Position numbers and translations under genes: made by a program. The notes under the pieces were generated by a model that saw only the letters and a program-made list of their open reading frames with translations, did no database searches and was not told the origin of the DNA. From NCBI RefSeq assembly GCF_006345805.1, contig NW_021835338.1:1-41028 (forward strand): a DNA stretch of 41,028 nucleotides, given 5' to 3'. This stretch comes from Octopus sinensis. Its lineage: Eukaryota. Of this stretch, positions 36,760 to 41,028 are shown in pieces; the first letter of the stretch is position 1, and each line of letters starts with the position of its first letter.

Positions 36760-37850
36760 GATTTTCTCAAGATGGCAAGTTAAGCCGTAGAGATTATTAG
36801 TGATTACTTCAACTTACAGGTCCTCCTTTACCGCGCTATCCTTCCACTTGTTGGCCATACAAAAGAATTTTTGAAATGCGTCATCTTTCATTCGAGCAAC
36901 ATGTCCTATCTTTCTGCACTGAAGTCTCTCTTAATAGCATGTGTTCAAAACTGGAGATATCACATTTTTCTAAGATTTTGACATTTGATATCTTACCTTG
37001 CTATTTTATGCTGCAGATATTGCGCAGACAGCACATGTGAAAGGTTTCCAATTTCTTTATATGTTTCTAGTTGGGAGTCCATGCTTCTTCCCTCTACAAA
37101 ATGTGCTCAAAATATAAGATTTGTATATACTTATTTCAGTCTTCAGATTGACATCCTGTTTATCCTACAAATGATGGGCACGTCTTCCAAAAGTGTTTGT
37201 AGTCTTAGCAATTTGAACATTGATTTCATCATCAAGAATACTATTAAAGTACTGTACTTTTAAGATATTAAATGACCTGACCTATTTGAGTGGCTTCTTG
37301 TCAATAACCCCGTTCTTATCTTAGTATGTTCTGCCCAGGCTTTGGATGGAATGGAATAAGACTTCACGAGCTGCCACAGTAAACCTGTCGACCATTTCCT
37401 GAATTCCCTCAAATCGCAATCATCGGCAAACAGTAAGTCACGTAGAATCTCTTCTTTATTATTTTTCTTTGACTTGAACTTTTTCCCGTTCAGGTTTAGT
37501 AAGTAAATCTACTTCTGTGCAAAACTGGAATTTTACACATTCATGAAAATCCCTGAAAGCATGTTGGAGCATCATCGAAAAGAATATGGAAAGATGTAGA
37601 GAAGCTAAAACATAGCTCTGTTGAGTTCCAGTAGCAGCAAATAATGCCTCTGAATATTGACTACTAGATGTCACTGTTGCCATCATACAGGGATACTATT
37701 ACCCTTATTTTATCAGCAAGGCAAAATTTCCAGAGCACCTCCCGATTTACAGTATCAAAGGCGTTCGTCAAGTCAACAAAGACCATGAACAAGTCAGTAT
37801 TTCTTGTTCATGTGATTATTTTGAGCTTGCCAGAAGGCAAAAATCATGAT
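36760..37850 (-). pseudogene. Decayed RTE (BovB-like) LINE reverse transcriptase
   Basis: Manual minus-strand translation: LFMVFVDLTNAFDTVNREV (~37738-37790), ILRDLLFADDC (~37412-37445), KILLYGQ..G*RGKGGP (~36820-36870). Many stops and frameshifts. Confidence 0.85.
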
Positions 37851-38495
37851 AACTGTGCCTCACCCGAGGACAAAGAAATAAGAACCCACAATATGGTAGA
37901 AGTTATAACCACTCATAGTAAAAAGGAATACTGGTGACATGTACTAGTGAAGACCTCAATAAAATGTAAGAACAACAGACCTGATATAGTCATTTGAGAC
38001 AGAGAAGAGAAATTGTGCACAGTTGTGGGAATTTGCTGCCCAACGGATGTTAACATAAAGCTGAAGATCAGTGAAAAAGAGAACACCTAAGCTGAACCAT
38101 TGAGAAATCTGCAGTTACTCTTTACATATTATAAGTTCAGGTTTATACCTGTAATTATTGGGGCCCTGAGATATCTAACACACTGTCTAAATGCCAATCT
38201 TGAGAAATTAGGCTTCTCAAAACCAGAAAAGTGAAAGCTAATTCGAAGACTACAGATTCACTCCATCACTGGAACTATAAAAGTTTTCAGAAGTTTATCA
38301 TTTGAATATATATGAGCATGTCCAGATATGTAACTATATGCACGAGGATACATACATAAAATATACATACATACATACATTCAAAAATGCCTTGTTGTTT
38401 ATGTTGAAATTCCAATGAAGGAACCTTGGGTCTAGGTTAGAAACCGGTTCATTCTCTATTGGCAAGAAATATTGAAATAAACTGAATAATGATTT
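37850..38495 (+). mobile_element. 3' end of a second RLE-type (R2/R4/NeSL group) LINE with 3'UTR
   Basis: Manual translation EYW*HVLVKTSIKCKNNRPDIVI*DREEKLCTVV..CPTDVNIKLKISEKE..KFRFIPVIIGAL fits the RPD..PxD..EK..Y..P-x-x-x-GALG endonuclease pattern. The tail after a (TACA)n tract recurs at 30420-30500. Confidence 0.8.
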
Positions 38496-38790
38496 ACATA
38501 GATACATACAGACTGACAGACAGACAGACAGACATGTGTGAGTGTTCATATACCAAATATATACACACAAATACACACGATCACAAACAATCACATACTC
38601 ACGTATATATACAACACACACACAGTCTATATATTTATCCTGTCATGTGTCTTCCCACGAGGTCACAAATCACGACCCAAAAGTCACAGTTCTGTTTGAC
38701 CTTCATTTCAAATTTCTAAGGGAGGCTTTAACTCTCCCTTAAATGTGTCACCTCTGCTACTACTATTGCAGATACTACTACTACTGCAGA

Positions 38791-38864
<74 letters not shown>

Positions 38865-39462
38865 TGTGTATGCATGGATGCATATATATGTTTACGCATT
38901 CAAGCACATTCAGATACCCATACACACACACATATATATATGTATATATGTGTGTGTATGTTATGTGCGTGTGTGTGCCCACACATACTCATGCGTATGT
39001 CTGTGTAAACAAGGTATACTACCACCCTCAGTAGGCGCGAAAAACACATACATTTTGTCATTGACATACACATATACACGTTTATTATATATGTACATAT
39101 ATATATATATATGTGTGTATGTGTGTTGTGTGTATGTATGTATGTATGTATGATGTATGTATGTATGTATGTATGTATGTATGTATGTATGCTCATCTTG
39201 TCACCCACTTATACACACTCCAGAATGGGATCATTCTCTGAATAGCGATGCAAAGATAAAATATTTGCCCTAAAAAGAATAAAGCCCTCTTTGATGAGAG
39301 TTCTCTTAGATGCAAGAAGCGGAAGCTAATTAATAAAATTATGCAATTCACGTTTCTTTGTTATTTAGTATTACGATATATTTTATTGTTATATTTAAGG
39401 ATAGTGATTTTCATTTTTTCTTTTATCTTCTTTTTTGTTTGTTACCAAATAAACACACGAAC

Positions 39463-39768
39463 TATAAATTCGTTCTTCACTCGTTTGTTACTGTTTTTAT
39501 GTTATCTTATGTTCGTTGCCCAGAAATCTTTCGTCACACATCTGTGACCTCTTCAGCGACCTTTTCCATCAATGTGTGTTTCTTACGTCGCTTAGTTCAT
39601 TCTGTCCTTCTATGATGTGTATCCTTATCCGCCTCATAAGGAAACACATCATAGAAGGACAGAATGGACTAAGTGGAGCAGAAGGACACACGTGTGAAGA
39701 AAAGATGACCGAAGAGGTGAGAAATGCGTGACGAAAGATTTCTAGAAACGAGTGAAGAACGAATATAT
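39463..39768. repeat. ~300-bp imperfect fold-back
   Basis: Inner arms 39591-39628 and 39636-39673 (38 bp, 2 mismatches, 7-nt loop). Outer arms are diverged but alignable to about 39463/39768. Confidence 0.85.
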
Positions 39769-40062
39769 AATGCGTATATTTTATTATTGTCGCATATTTC
39801 TACTAGTTATTTTCTGTTCTGAATTCGGATCCGACCAAAATCAACTACACCTTTCAACCATTCAGACTTCATGAATAAAGTAACAGTTAGGCATTGGAGT
39901 CAATGAGCGTGTCACATTCTTCATGTCGTTATCTCTCGCTTTTTCTATCAGGGAGAAAGCAACGTTGAGGAGAATGTCTCCGAAAGGATCAAAATATCCG
40001 AGACAAATTGTAAATCTCACGACAACGTGTTTACGGCTTCCCTAAAAACTAAACAGTTAAGA

Positions 40063-40275
40063 AACGTTAGCACGCCGGGCGAAATGCGTGGCCGCATTTC
40101 CTCTGCCGTTACGTTCTGGTTTCAAACTCCGCCGAGGTCGACTTTGCATTTCATCCTTTCGGGGTCGATAAATTAAGCACCAGTTACGCACTGGGGTCGA
40201 TGTGATCGACTTAATCCGTGTGTATGTCCTTGTTTGTCTCCTCTGTGTTTAGCCCCTTGTGGGCAATAAAGAAAT
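40063..40275 (+). mobile_element. SINE family B monomer
   Basis: AGAAACGTTAGCACGCCGGGCGAAATG..GTCGACTTTGCATTTCATCCTTTCGGGGTCG..TAAAGAAAT. Confidence 0.85.
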
Positions 40276-40751
40276 ATATATACATATGTGTGTGTACGTG
40301 TGTGTGTATGTGTGTGCGCGTGTCTCTATGTATGCGTGTGTGTGTGTTTATCGAAATTGGGGGAGTAAAGCAGGTAGAATTCAGGTTACATATGTTTCGT
40401 AGTTCCCGGACGTTCTTTTTTATACCTACCACGAACTGCTCGAAGTTTACAAACTTCCTACACTTCGATCCTTGGACGCAGCAGTCCGACAAAACGCGTT
40501 TTGGCGGCACATACCATGGGTCTATCAGCCGCTACTAAATTCAAACCACGACGATCAGAGGAGATGGCCTTGAACACGGCGTTTTCAAACTAACGGAGAC
40601 AACACTCGTAGGGTTGGAGTTGGTCAGGATAAATGTTGTTATATGGTTGTGAAAACGGGGAAACCATTAAACCAGACTAGTAACATCTCCATCAATGATT
40701 TGACTGTTTTCGCTGTATCTGACGAAGAATGTTACATGTATATCACGTATA

Positions 40752-40855
40752 TCGCCTGAGGAAACACAACTATATTTCATTATGTAAGCAAACATTTGCA
40801 TAATGAACTACTTGTATACTTGGAGGACTACGTTGTGTCGAAACGATTCTAGCGA
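40752..40855 (+). ncRNA. Type I hammerhead fold with very long branched stem II
   Basis: TCGC/GCGA stem I. CTGAGGA 40756-62. ACACAAC/GTTGTGT stem II with inner hairpin TTCATTATGTAA/TTGCATAATGAA. GAAA 40840-43. Triplet CTA (cut after 40851). C.C mismatch in stem III. Confidence 0.65.
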
Positions 40856-40934
40856 ATAATAAATAACTGTCCAACCGTCCTCCTTCTTCATGACTCCAAT
40901 TTCTTCTTTTCTTTAATTTTATATATATATATAT

Positions 40935-41028
40935 ACTAGCAGTATCGCCCGGCGTTGCTCGGGTTTGTAAGGGAAATAACTATATAAGCATTTTTAGAGA
41001 TGTAAAGTATAATAGCCATCTCAATATG
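40935..41028 (+). mobile_element. Possible Helitron/HINE-like terminus running off the window
   Basis: ACTAGCAGTATCGCCCGGCGTTGCTCGGG directly after (TA)n, with a short CCCGG/CTCGGG hairpin. Resembles 5' ends of animal Helitron-derived repeats (from memory). Confidence 0.45.

Noticed and set aside
39949-40010. Candidate 58-bp exon (pyrimidine tract-CAG ... GTAAAT)
   Set aside because: Peptides are unrecognisable and there are no partner exons. Such sites occur by chance in AT-rich DNA.

Overview
AT-rich, microsatellite-saturated animal genomic DNA with no recognisable host gene, rRNA, intact tRNA or CRISPR array. The repeat families and the density of (TA)n/(CA)n/(TAA)n/(GATA)n tracts look like octopus or another coleoid cephalopod (inference from pattern recognition, not a database match). 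Almost all ORF-track entries are translations of simple repeats. The real coding remnants are all transposon-derived: a 5'-truncated R4/Dong-type RLE LINE (10.2-11.8 kb), a 5'-truncated Tx1/L1 LINE (20.0-22.6 kb), two mariners, RTE fragments and further RLE fragments. There are about 25 copies or fragments of two tRNA-derived SINE families. The main unexpected signal is a set of type I hammerhead-ribozyme (HHR) folds from apparently unrelated sequence families. Three have near-complete cores (6779-6856 +, 30697-30734 -, 40752-40855 +) and several are degenerate. Four times they sit in divergent inverted repeats, so both strands carry an HHR or part of one, and once an HHR lies next to a tRNA-like Pol III promoter. 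No Penelope ORF could be recognised beside them. A second theme is apparent microsatellite targeting: Tx1 inside (GATA)n, and R4/Dong plus a non-coding ~520-bp family inside (TAA)n. Repeat boundaries are approximate and were read by eye.
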